From positions 19,344,001-19,408,000 of the forward strand of contig NC_043006.1 in NCBI RefSeq assembly GCF_006345805.1: a DNA stretch of 64,000 bases, written 5' to 3'. Below the pieces are notes generated by a model. The model saw only the letters and a program-made list of their open reading frames with translations. It made no database searches and was not told where the DNA came from. Shown here piece by piece: positions 12,087 to 24,480 of this stretch (positions are counted from its first letter, which is position 1; the number at the start of each line of letters is the position of its first letter). This DNA is from Octopus sinensis. Lineage: Eukaryota. The position numbers and the translations under genes were made by a program.

Positions 12087-12124
<38 letters not shown>

Positions 12125-12241
12125 GGACAGAAAGAGATGTCACATTCTTTTCATGTCTTTTGTGATCAAAAATTAAACTTTGATTTTCATTCTATTGTAT
12201 TCCGTATTTTATTTTATTTTACCTTCAATTTCCTTCTGCAG

Positions 12242-12496
12242 GTTTCATTCAGTCTCCTACCATATATCCAGTCATTCTTAAATCCAATTATATATGGATT
12301 TATGTCGAAAAATTTCCGACGAAGCATACGTGCAGCGTGTCGAAACTATGTCTGCAGAAACAGAGAAAGGCAAATTTGTATGGGGCACCGGATTCATCTT
12401 TCTGATTACGAAATGGAATCACGAAGCACGAACGGAACTCTTACTACAAAAATGTCTTTGCGAACTATCGAAAGTGTCTCATCGGACGATAACTAG
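12242..12496 (+). CDS. Class A GPCR, terminal exon (TM7, helix 8, C-tail, stop)
   Basis: ttctgcag| VSFSLLPYIQSFLNPIIYGFMSKNFRRSIRAAC..SSDDN*; NPxxY motif and helix-8 FR; Ser/Thr-rich tail. Confidence 0.92.
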   Translation, partial: VSFSLLPYIQSFLNPIIYGFMSKNFRRSIRAACRNYVCRNRERQICMGHRIHLSDYEMESRSTNGTLTTKMSLRTIESVSSDDN

Positions 12497-13313
12497 AAAA
12501 TCTTCTTGTTGTATTGATATTATCATTGTTGTTATCATTATTATTATTATTATTATTAGTTGTTGTTGTTGTTGTTATTGATCAGGATGATGATGAAGCT
12601 ATTGATGTCGTTATGAGTAATATTATTATTGTTATCATAATTATCTTCCGTTGGAATATCCTCGATTCACGACGTATTTTACGATTTGGCAAAAGTATGA
12701 ACGTCAGAACTCACCGTTACACGCTACCCATTTCACTTGGAGCACTTGTGCACAGTGACAATTTGATATCGCTTCAATTCACTTATATCATTAAAATATC
12801 GTTAACAATGTTCTCACTATTTTCTATGTCCCTTCGCCCGAAATAATTACTATTAATAATGAATCATTAATTATTATTGATATGTAAATAAGACTGATGG
12901 ATTGGTACAACCGTTACCTCATTGACCATATTGTTATTTAATTAAAAATATTTTACGTTCGGAGTTCAAATCCAGCCGAATCGACTTTGCGTTTCATTGT
13001 TCCAATGTCTGTAAATTAGTACCAGTTTAGTACTGAAATCGAGATAATCGACTGTTCCTCTACCCACCCATTTTCTTGCTTTACACCCATGTCGGGTATC
13101 TTTATTGCTGTTGATATAATTATTGTTTACGTGTTTATGATAGCACAATTTTTTGCAGTATCGGAGAGCTTCCGTGTAAAAATCATGCAGTATCTAGTTA
13201 CACTCGTTCATTTAAGTAGCTCATATCCCGCCAACGCCTGCTTCTTTTTTCATATGCCAGGGATCGATTAAATAATTTCAAACCCAATACATATATTGAT
13301 TTTTATTGAACGT

Positions 13314-13485
13314 AGGCGCAGGAGTGGCTGTGTGGTAAATAGCTTGCTAACCAACCACATGGTTCTGGGTTCAATCCCACTGCGTGGCATCTTGGGCAAG
13401 TGTCTTCTGCTATAGCCCCGGGCCGACCAATGCCTTGTGAGTGGATTTGGTAGACGGAAACTGAAAGAAGCCTGTCGTATATATG

Positions 13486-13520
<35 letters not shown>

Positions 13521-13738
13521 GTGTTTGTGTGTCTGTGTTTGTCCCCCTAGCATTACTTGACAACCGATGCTGGTGTGTGTTTACGTCCCCGTCACTTAGC
13601 GGTTCGGCAAAAGAGACCGATAGAATAAGTACTGGGCTTACAAAAGAATAAGTCCCGGGGTCGATTTCCTCGACTAAAGGCGGTGCTCCAGCATGGCCGC
13701 AGTCAAATGACTGAAACAAGTAAAAGAGTAAAGAGTAA
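13314..13738 (+). mobile_element. tRNA-derived SINE family A, full length
   Basis: Same head, body and AAAGAGT tail as 9247-9679. Confidence 0.9.
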
Positions 13739-14379
13739 TAGCTTCCACCACCACAAAGTTGTGTCCTTGTGTTTATATGAGAGGTCAACATTAAAGTTAC
13801 TAGAACAGTTAATCTTAAATCCAGTAACGTGCTGCGTACAATGGCTGCTACCGAAATCTGTTACCTACGACGATGTTCCTGTTCACTAACTGTAATATAA
13901 AATAGAAATAGCCGGAATCGATATAAATCGACTCTAACGCTCACCCAAGTTTCTGACATCGTATTTATGTAATTCGCATGTTAAATCACTTAACATGGCT
14001 CATATTTTCCAAGTGAATTAAATTAACAAAATCTGTTGTTTTTTGGTTTGAATTTTTGGGTTTTTTTTTTCCTGTTCATCCGTTCCAGGCTTTCGAATGC
14101 TGTGGTGATTATTTTCTTTTCCTCTCCTGTCAATCCCCAGTTTGAAAGCAAATGAGGCGCCCCGACTTGTTTGATTGACCTATTAGACATTGCTAACAAA
14201 TTTCCCTCAACTCACACCCTACCGTCTTAAACAGGGATGGAAAATTACGTTTTAAATCATGTAAAAACAATGGGTTCGCCTTTGATTAAAGTTTTACCTC
14301 GATCAGGCTTGAACTAAGGGTAAACAATAATGAAAAAATTCACAGTAAAGTTTACCAATAAGGGCACTAAATCTAGAGA

Positions 14380-14748
14380 TGTCCAAGGTCGATAAAGCAA
14401 AGTATCAGTCAAGTGCGGGGGTCGGAGGTCTGAACTCACCCCTTACCCTTAAAATTACTGGTTTTGTTTCAAAAGTAGAAACTTTAAGGTGATGAGCTGG
14501 CAGAATGGTTAAAGCCTGGGAAAAATTGCTTTGCTGAATTTCTTCCGGTTGTTTATTATTGTATTTAATAATTATTGTTTTTTCTGGTCATCTCCTTCTT
14601 GTAAATTTCTCTTCCTTTATCATCTGTGAAAGGAAAGAAAATAAGTATTATCATTAATAAAGAACATTTGTCAAATGAAGACGACCGGCTGCTTTTAAGA
14701 AAGCTGGAAGACACATCTATGAGTTTTCTCCTGTTCGCAAGAAGGAAC

Positions 14749-14779
<31 letters not shown>

Positions 14780-15156
14780 TAAAATTTTGCCACAAGGGCA
14801 GCCATTTTGCGGGAAGGGAACTAGTCGATTACATCGACCCCAGTGTTTCACTGGTACATAATTTATCGGCCCCGAAAGGATGAAAGGCAAAGTCGACCCC
14901 GACGAAATTTGAAATCAGAACGTAGTGACGGGTGATGTACCGCTAAGCATTTTGTCCGGTGTGATAACGATTCTGCTGACTTACCGCCTTATAGGAACAA
15001 TAATAATGATGATAACGCTTTCTACAAAAAGGCACAAGGCTTGAAATTTGGTGGGGGTGGGTGGCAAGTCGATTTCACAAACCCCGGTGTTTCGTGCGTA
15101 CTTAATTTATCGACTCCGAAAGGATGAAAAGGAAAGTCTGCTTTGGCGGAATTTGA

Positions 15157-15189
<33 letters not shown>

Positions 15190-16061
15190 TGTTACTGTTT
15201 AGAATCCTTTCAGAAAAACCTTCATTGCAAATTCATAGAAACAGAGAATTAGGTAACTATTAATTTCAGTTCTAATTTCGCCGAGGTCAACTCTTGCTGT
15301 CATAATTTCTGGATCGATAAAAAAAAAAGATACCAGTTAATTAATGACGTCAGTGTTATCAACTTACTTTTCCCGTCAAATTGCCGGTTTTTGTGCATAA
15401 ATCAGAAACACATATTTCTTATCTTTGCAACTCCTTTCCTGAATCCAAATACGGTTGAAGTCACTTTGCCTTTCATCCTTTTTTGGAGTCGGTGAAATAA
15501 AGTACTAATCAAGTACTGAATCGATATATTCGACTAAAGACAGCGAGCTGGCAGAATTCTTAAAGTGTCGGACAAATTATTTGGCGGCATTACTTCTGGC
15601 ATTTTATATTCAGGAGTTCACATTGAACCACGGTCAACTTTGCTTTTCAATTTTCCCTCTGGAATTGATATTATTGGAAGCACTCCGTCGGTTACGACGA
15701 TGAGGGCTCCGGTTGATACGAATCAACGGAACAGCCTGCTCGTGAAATTAACGTGTAAATGGCTGAGCACTCCACAGACACGTGTACCCTTAACGTAGTT
15801 CTCGGGGATATTCAGCGTGACACAGAGAGTGATAAGGCCGGCCCTTTGAAATACAGGTACAACAGAAAAGGAAGTAAGAGTGAGAGAAATTTGTGGTGAA
15901 AGAGTACAGCAGGGATCACCAGCATCCCCTGCCGGAGCCTCGTGGAGCTTTAGGTGTTTTCGCTCAATAAACACTCACAAATTGATATAGTAAAGTACCA
16001 ATCAAGTATTGGGGTCAATGTAATCCCCTATCCCGCTCAGTTTGTGCCAAAATTTTAAAGA

Positions 16062-16093
<32 letters not shown>

Positions 16094-16315
16094 GGCAGCG
16101 ACCTGGAAAAATCGTTATCACGCAGGGCAAAATGCTTAGCACTATTTTAGTGCGTCTTTACGTTCTAAGTTCAAATCCCACCGAGGTTGACTTTGCCTTT
16201 TATCTTTTCGGGGTCGACAGAATGAGTACTAGTAGTGCACTGCGGTTGATGTAATCCAATATACCTTCCCCCAAATTCCAAGCCTTGTGCCTACAGGAGA
16301 AAGGATTATTATTAT
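14380..16315. mobile_element. Cluster of degenerate family-C SINE copies in both orientations, with (AAT)n tracts
   Basis: Repeated variants of gtcgactttgcctttcatcctttcggggtcgat..agtaccag. Confidence 0.75.
15675..15980 (-). mobile_element. 5'-truncated SINE family B
   Basis: Matches 20489-20873; AATTGATAT flanks both sides. Confidence 0.85.
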
Positions 16316-16494
16316 GATTATTAAACGAAGAAGTCGAGAAAAGGGATGAACGAAGAATATACGATGTTTTTCATTTCTATTGATAGATTTCAGATGATTA
16401 AATTATTTTGTTTTTCCAATTAAATGTGTAATTACTATTCAAACGAAATATTACTTCGTGTTATGAAAGGGAACATTACTCAACAAAATGTACA

Positions 16495-16898
16495 GATCTT
16501 TTCGGTTTGAACGGCAGTTTTTCTAGCGGTGTCATATGAAATTGTCACCCATAATTATGACCCTAGAATCGATCTATTGCATTTCAATCTATTTTAGGGT
16601 TAGGGGTGGCGGAAGAGTATTTTTTTTCTTCACAAATGTAAATAAACCCAATCTCTTTCTTAAACGAGGGACATATTCATACGGCACAGAATACTTTTTA
16701 ACTCAATAGACGTCACTTATTGGTTGAAATTGCAGAAATTGAAGAAAAAACAACAAATATCTTACAAACTATAGAATTTTCTAAATAAAGTCAAGAGAAA
16801 AAGATGTTTTATAAACACATTCTACCAGTATACGAAGTTTAAAATTTTTTAGTTACCTAGAAATTATGTTAAAAACTGCCGTTCAAACCGAAAAGATC
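16495..16898. mobile_element. MITE with 27-bp terminal inverted repeats
   Basis: GATCTTTTCGGTTTGAACGGCAGTTTT / AAAACTGCCGTTCAAACCGAAAAGATC; non-coding interior. Confidence 0.85.
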
Positions 16899-17584
16899 CA
16901 AATGTACTCCTTCTCGATCTCTTTGTTTTTTGGGGGGTTTTTTCGATAAAAATGTCGAATACATGCATCACTCGCGAACGAGTGCTGCTTCGTACTGACA
17001 AGGACACCTCTTTGGCTCTTTCCTGACCCAGGCGAAAAATTTTCGGCATGACAGCTAGAATGAGCGAGGAATGCCGCCCAACCCCGTCTGTTCTCATTAC
17101 AGCCGACCAGACTGTAGCAACGTAATCTAAAAAACAGTTTTTTTTTTCCAGTGGTGAGCAATGAACCCGTGTTCAATTATTCTTTCTTCTTCTTCCTTTA
17201 CTTAGCAATCCGTTGTTGTAAAACCTCGCTGGTTTTCTATCTTAATTAAAACTGTCTCACATACTAATTTGATTAACACCAGAAAGCCTCCGTTATGGGT
17301 TACCAAAGGTTATTTTAAATTTTATTTTGTTTATTTTTATCTATTTATTTATTTATTGGTAGGTGTCACTCATCTTGTTTCTGAAGTTTGGTAAATTCAC
17401 TACGACAGAATCCATTACTAGTTATAGTCATTAACTTCTCTTATTAATATATTTTAGAACAGCATGCTCATCTCATCTCCCATTTCGTTGCATCAATAAA
17501 GGAACTGACCAGTCGAAAGCTACTTCAGAGCACGAAATATAAAGCAGTTGTGTATAGATATATATACACAATATAGGAACAATA

Positions 17585-17622
<38 letters not shown>

Positions 17623-17625
<3 letters not shown>

Positions 17626-18047
17626 AGTGGCTGTGTGGTAAGTAGCTTGCTTACGAACCACATGGTTTCGGGTTCAGTCCCACTGCATGGCACCTTGGGC
17701 AAGTGTCTTCTACTATAGCCTCGGGCCGACCAAAGCCTTGTGAGTGGATTTGGTAGACGGAAACTGAAAGAAGCCCGTCGTATATATATATATATATATA
17801 TATGTGTATATATATGTGTGTGTGCATTTTTGTCTGTGTTTGTCCCCCCAACATCGCGTGACAACCGATGCTGGTGTGTTTACGTCCCCGTCACTTAGCG
17901 GTTCGGTAAAAAAGAGGCCGATAAAATAAGTACTAGGCTTACAAAGAATAAGTCCTGGGGGGCGGTCGATTTCCTCGACTAAAGGCGTTGCTCCAGCATG
18001 GCCACAGTCAAATGACTGAAACGAGTAAAAGAGTAAAGAGTAAAGAG
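17623..18047 (+). mobile_element. tRNA-derived SINE family A
   Basis: Matches other family-A copies; starts directly after (TA)n. Confidence 0.9.
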
Positions 18048-18471
18048 TATATCATATTGTTCCTTTCTAATTTCCTTACATTGATTCATGTATGTATTTA
18101 TGTAATTCGTGTAAGAATGTATTTTGTATATGTATATTTTTAAAAATTTCTATACTTTTGTCAATGTTTATATTGCTTCCATTATATTTGTACAATCTGT
18201 AATAAAAAACAAAGTAAAATAAGAAATGAGAATATTTGACAATTTGGTTTTCATGAATTAACTACAACTTGCTGTATATCACGTGAACTGCTTTATACAT
18301 ACATACATAACATATTATTTTATTGAAACTGAGAAATTTACAATCACGCTGTTTTACATAATCGATCATCAGACAAACATGCGCTTTGATTTATAAATGG
18401 TGTAGTGATAATTATTTGATAAATCATCAAATATACATTTAATTCTGATATAACTTTATATAATTAGTGGT

Positions 18472-18813
18472 AAAGGGTAAAGACCTTTGGTCATAAATAA
18501 CCATGGGATTGCACTCAGAAAGTTGCCCTCCGAGGCACAAGTCCGGGCAAGGTTGTTTATAGAAGACTAGCAGTCGCCCATACATACCAATATCCCCTCC
18601 CCACGACACCGATGTTATCCAAGAGAAAGGCAAAAGCTGATACAAGTTGACACCAGCAACATCGCAACTCATTTCTACAACTGAGTGAGCTGGAGAAAGG
18701 TGAAATAAAGTGTCTTGCTCAAGAACACATAACACAGCCCGGTATGAGAATCGAACTCACTACGACATTAGTTGTTAGAGGTCATCACTCTGACCACTGA
18801 GTCAAGCGCCTTC
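18472..18813 (-). mobile_element. tRNA-derived SINE family D
   Basis: Diverged reverse complement of 22905-23249. Confidence 0.8.
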
Positions 18814-18956
18814 ATGTTTGCATGCATGCATACTTGTATACATACATACATATATTATTTTATTGAAGCGGAAAAAATTACACACCGTTTCACGTAATCG
18901 ATAATCAGACAAACGTAAACGTTTGGAACAATACAATGATTTATACATAGCGTAGA

Positions 18957-19186
18957 AGGCGGCGAGCTGGCAGAATCGTTAGAACGCCAGGCGAAATGCG
19001 TAGCCGTATTTCGTCTGCCGTTACGTTCTGAGTTCAAATTCCGCCCAGGTCCACTTTGCCTTTCATCCTTTTGGGTCGATAAATTAAGTACCAGTTACGC
19101 ACTGGGGTCGATGTAATCGACTTAATCCGTTTGTCTGTCCTTGTTTGTCCCCTCTATGTTTTGCCCCTTGTGGGTAATAAAGAAAC
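18957..19186 (+). mobile_element. SINE family C
   Basis: aaggcggcgagctggcagaa head, central cctttcatcctttcggggtcgataaa domain, tail ..gtgggtaataaagaaa. Confidence 0.85.
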
Positions 19187-19682
19187 GGATTTATAAATAG
19201 TGTAGTGATAATTATTTGGAAAATCATCAAATATACATTTAAAGCTGATATGACTTTATATAATAAATGGTATCTGCCGTAAGTGGAAAACAATACATTT
19301 GTTAAAATTAGTGTATGCTGAATAAACTGGATAACACGAATCACATTGTACAGAGCAATAGTTATATTTATATCAAAGGGATACTTTCAAACCGGGGCCG
19401 TTTTAGAATTTAAGGACCTGAGAAATGTAAATCAGAACAAACAAGTATGCCAACTACGTTCTGTGATTCGATACTTTGTGACATCGTGTTGATAAAGGCA
19501 TTTTTCATGTTGGTGTAATCGTATTATATTGCAACGAGGTGTTTTAAACTGCGATGTCTGTTTTGTCTTGTTTTTACCTTTTTTTAATGACATATTCATC
19601 CATTTTGCCACGAATTTCTATCGGTCTGCACGGCTGAAGTACCCTTCCACTGTCTCAAAGGTAATCTATATATCTGAAAATA

Positions 19683-19912
19683 AAGGCGGCGTTGGCAGAC
19701 TCGTTAGCGCGCCGGGCGAAATGCTTAGCGGTATTTCGTCACTCGTTACGTTCTGAGTTCAAATTCCGCCGAGGTCGACTTTACCTTTCATCCTTTCGGG
19801 GTCGATAAATAAAGTACCAGTTTCGCACTGGGGTCGATGTAATCGACTTAATCCCTTTGTCTGTCCTTGTTTGTCCCCTCTATGTTTATCCCCTTGTGGG
19901 CAATAAAGAAAT
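19683..19912 (+). mobile_element. SINE family C
   Basis: Matches 18957-19186. Confidence 0.85.
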
Positions 19913-19994
19913 ATATATATCTGAAAATGAAATGCCTAGAAGCCAGTGGCTAACGTTGAAAGAAAGTCCTTTTCGAACACAACCTAACAAGCTG

Positions 19995-20215
19995 CACCAG
20001 CTACGTTGACATCTATTTTAACAGACACAGACGAACAGGCTGACACGTTTGAAGAAGACGTTGAGTCGCTTTTGTTTTGTCATCCAGCATAGCTCTAGTA
20101 TAATTTCAGACCAGATCACCGCCTCATTCTTAGATATAAAAATAGATAAGACATACGGCACCTCATTATATACAAACAAATGATAATATACAGTGATAGA
20201 GAGTAGCCATAGACA
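19995..20215 (+). mobile_element. Degenerate Penelope-like RT remnant
   Basis: Frameshifted reading SYVDIYL..HP../SFLDIKIDK..TSLYTNK resembles the PLE YVDD..HP..FLD..TSVYRK region. Confidence 0.4.
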
Positions 20216-20488
20216 CAAAATAAATGCAGGTCAATCCTGTCTTAAACTGTTAGCATTCATCTTAGTTCGATCAAATGTAACATCTATTTGCATTGTTTTG
20301 AATTAATCATGCATGTCGCGTAGCTTTGAAATTTCATTGAAGCGATTGCTTAATTTTTAGAATGACATTGTAGGGAAGGTGTAAGAGGCCAGACCTGGCC
20401 GGTTTGAACATAAAACAGGTGACATATTTGGGCTAAATATGGCCGGTTTAAATGCTAAACAGTTTTAAATTTTCTTCCTTTGCGCAAG

Positions 20489-20873
20489 GTGGAGGCGCAA
20501 TGGCCCAGTGGTTAGGGCAGCGGACTCGCGGTCATAGGATCGCGGTTTCGATTCCCAGACCGGGCGTTGTGAGTGTTTATTGAGTGAAAACTCCTAAAGC
20601 TCCACGAGGCTCCGGCAGGGGATGGTGGTGATCCCTGCTGTACTCTTTCACCACAACTTTCTCTCACTCTTACTTCCTGTTTCTGTTGTACCTGTATTTC
20701 AAAGGGCCGGCCTTGTCACTCTCTGTGTCACGCTGAATATCCCCGAGAACTACGTTAAGGGTACACGTGTCTGTGGAGTGCTCAGCCACTTACACGTTAA
20801 TTTCACGAGCAGGCTGTTCCGTTGATTCGGATCAACCGGAACCCTCGTCGTCGTAACCGACGGAGTGCTTCCA
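20489..20873 (+). mobile_element. tRNA-derived SINE family B, full length
   Basis: Head gtggaggcgcaatggcccagtggttagg..ggtttcgattcccag (A/B-box-like); tail gacggagtgcttcca. Confidence 0.9.
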
Positions 20874-21265
20874 TTTACGCAAGATTTCAATACGGAAATT
20901 TTCTCTGTAAAATAAATGTTAGTTAACTATGAGCACATTAATACTTTTCCAGGTGGATCCATAGAACAATAAAATATCAGATTCATCCACACTGATACAG
21001 CAGGACAGCAGGTGCTGTAACCATGCAGAATAGACAAGTATCACATACAATATAGTACTGGAACTAAATGTACGCTGAGTAAAAAAGTTGGATGAATAGT
21101 TCATCAAAGGTTCTCGTTATGCAGAACACAGGCAATAATCACAAATACGGACGTACGTCAGATAACGAACGTAATATACAAAGTTCAAAGTAATCTTCAG
21201 TTTGCTATATCAGACAAAACACAGCACAAAACTTTCTTGTCGGAATAAAATTGCATACAAAGACT

Positions 21266-21462
21266 TTACTCTTTTTACTTGTTTCAGTCATTTGACTGCG
21301 GCCATGCTGGAGCACCACCTTTAGTCGAGCAAATCGACCCCGGGACTTATTCTTTGTAAGCCCAGTACTTATTCTATCGGTCTCTTTTTTGCCGAACCGC
21401 TAGCTGACGGGGACGTAAACACACCAGCATCGGTTGTCAAGCAATGCTAGGGGGACAAACAC
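21266..21462 (-). mobile_element. SINE family A, 3' part (interrupted by an RTE LINE)
   Basis: Family-A 3' half; the 5' tip reappears at 22249-22270. Confidence 0.85.
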
Positions 21463-22248
21463 CCAGCTGAGTACTTGACAGACACTGACTTTGCTGACGA
21501 CATCGCTCTTATCAGTGATTCTCTCTCCAATGCCCAGTCTCTTTTACAATCTCTTGAACAAGCCTCAAATTGTGTAGGTCTTTACCTCAATGAGGCCAAA
21601 ACTGAATACATAAACAAGTGCCTGTCCAACAGTGATTGCATCATCCACACTCTCAACAACGCGCCCTTAAATATGGTTTCTGATTATAAATATCTTGGGT
21701 CATGCATATCATCATCTGGAAAAGACTTTCTAACTAGAAAGGGTATGGCCTGGTCAGCCTGTAATGACATGCATAAGATCTGGTCATCAAATCTAAGTAG
21801 AGATTTCAAACTTGAAATATTCAAAGCCACAGTCGAACCAATTCTGCTATATGGCTCAGAAACCTGGACGTTATCAAAGAAGCTTGAGAGGCGGTTGGAT
21901 GGAACCTACACTCGCCTCCTTATGAGAGCTCAAAATCTCTCGTGGAAGCGCCATCCAACCAAAATGCAAATATATGGGAAAGTACCACCTGTGTCATCTC
22001 CTGTGAAAGGTAGGAGAGTCCAGTTTGCTGGACATTGTTGTAGAGCTGAAAAAGAAGTAATTTCTACTCTTCTCCTCTGGAAGCCATCTACTCGCAATAC
22101 CAGAGGGCGCACACTCTCCTACCCTGATGTAATCTCCAGGGATACAGGCATCCAGCAACAGGACCTCCGTAATGCTATGATGGACCGTGAAGTCTGGCGT
22201 GACATAGTAAATTCCATTGTCTCGACCACAGTTGAACAATGATGATGA
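21463..22248 (+). mobile_element. 5'-truncated RTE-clade LINE, RT C-terminal half, open frame
   Basis: DFADDIAL, YKYLGS, LLYGSETWTL, QFAGHC, WRDIV* over ~260 codons without a stop; (TGA)3 tail. Confidence 0.92.
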
Positions 22249-22904
22249 CCACACAGCCACTGCTGCGCCTTTAGTTACTTTAGTTACGTTTACGTATTTT
22301 TTGCAAGATTCCTGAAGTGAAATCGTGTGTTGAAAGATATATTGTTATATTTGGAGATGGTCATATTTTTATCAATTAACCACATGTACTATATATTTGT
22401 CCTTCACTACACATTTATTATTATTATTATTTTTATTTTAGTGTCCTTTCTCCAGATCTTTCGTCACACATTCTGTGACCTCTTCAGTGACAGACCCTCC
22501 TACATTCTGTTTAATCCATTCTCACGTGAGATGGAGAGTCGCTGTAAAGGTCAAAGGATGTGCGACGAAAGATTTCAGACAAAGAATGCAAAAACAAAAA
22601 TAATGATAAAAAAAAAATTGGAGTGAAGGCCAAGTATATAGAGCACGTGGTTAATTGGCAAAATAGGACCAACCCCAAATATAACAACATACTTAGTGTG
22701 TTTTACACTAGATCAAGCCTCACTATTAACACAAATTCACAATCTAACAAATCGCTGGACGTACTTCAGATAACGAACGTAATATGCAAATTTCAGAGTA
22801 ATCTTCAGTTTGCTATAATCAGACAAAACACAGCACAACACTTTCTTATCGGTCGACCACGCATTTATAATATGTCATTATAACGCATAATTATACAGTA
22901 ATAT

Positions 22905-23249
22905 GAAGGCGCATGTCTCAGTGGTTAGAGCGTCGAGCTTACGATCGTGAGGTTGTGAGCTCGAATCCCGGACCGGGCTGCGTGTTGTGTTCTTGAGCAA
23001 GACACTTTATTTCACGTTGCTCCAGTTCACTCAGCTGTAGAAATGAGTTGCGACGTCACAGGTGCCAAGCTGTATCGACCTTTGTCTTACCCTTGGATAA
23101 CACTGGTGGCGTGGAGAGGGGAGGCTGGTATGCATGGGCGACTGCTGGCCTTCCATAAAAAAACAACCTTGCCCAGACTTGTGCCTCAGAGGGTAACTCT
23201 CTAGGTGCAAACCCATGGTCATTCATGACCGAAGGGGGTCTTTACCCTT
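22905..23249 (+). mobile_element. tRNA-derived SINE family D, full length, 14-bp TSD
   Basis: tRNA-like head ggcgcatgtctcagtggttagagc..; TTATACAGTAATAT at 22891-22904 and 23250-23263. Confidence 0.9.
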
Positions 23250-24309
23250 TTATACAGTAATATACACGGAATAAAATTGCATACAAAGACATTAGTTAAC
23301 AGTAATACAACTTTATGTAGAATTCCACAAGAATTACAGGAATACAGATGGAATCGTGCGTTTGTATATATGTATATTTGATTTTCTTTTAGAATTTAAT
23401 CCAGTCGCAAACGATATGGTTTCACTTCGCTATCTGATAAAAATATTTGCAAAGATTAGAGAATTAATGAGTGCAAATTAATGTATACAGACATATGTGA
23501 ATGTATGTACGAATATACATGCTCTCGGGTAATGTGAGCACATGTGACTTTAATGCATGTGTATGTGAATGCTTTATATTTCTGTCTTTACGCAGCATAC
23601 AGAATTAAGATTGCGTCTAAATGTTTTTTCTTGGAAACCAAGATAGAGAATCTTAAGAATGACTTTCATTGAACCACTAATCGGTTGGATTTGGGCGGTG
23701 CCAATCTTTGTTCTGTTTCCGAAAACACCCAGCATTTCCATGATTTTATATCAACATTTTATTACAAAGCCCAGCACCCGAATAATAATTGGTGCAAATG
23801 AGAATATATACAAAAATGTAAGTCTTGTAATAATTCGTCACGTCTCCTCTTTTTTTCTTTTTGATAATTTTAGACAAAAGGTCCACATCTGCTAGACAGC
23901 TGACCCCTTCAAAAGCGCATGAGGTTTCATACGTGTTTATGCACCTATTTCATAGAACGATATTAGGTGTGCTGCGTTTTGCACTTGTTGACCTGTATTA
24001 TAACATCCCATTTGTACTGCTTATTTTAAAACGTGTGAAGATATTCTTAGACCAGTGTTTCTTTGGAATGCCGTTAAGACAATCCTTCAGGTATCATAAT
24101 AAATAAAACTATAACATTCTTTTTCGTTTGTCTTTGGTCAGTAAGTGTTATTACTTATTCGCTTCTATCTAGAAATAAAAGTAACGTAATACTATTACCT
24201 TCAAACTTCGCTTTTGTGATCTGAACATCAATGTTTTGAAACTGACCTATTATCCATTACATTTCAGACAAATTCAGCACTGAATTGCTGAAGTAGACAT
24301 CGTTATTGC

Positions 24310-24480
24310 AAATATTCGGCTAATTACCACAGATTTGCTTGTCAGTTGCTTGACTTTAACATCTCCCTTGAGCATCTCTCTTGGTGGTTGACAATATGTG
24401 TATCTCTGATCATGAGCAGGAGCAGTGGTGGAGCATCATAGCCATGAGCTGAGAGGAATTCCTTGGGGTTTGAATAAATA
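24310..24480. repeat. Partial copy of interspersed repeat family E
   Basis: Matches the ~29085-29250 part of 28985-29535. Confidence 0.7.
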
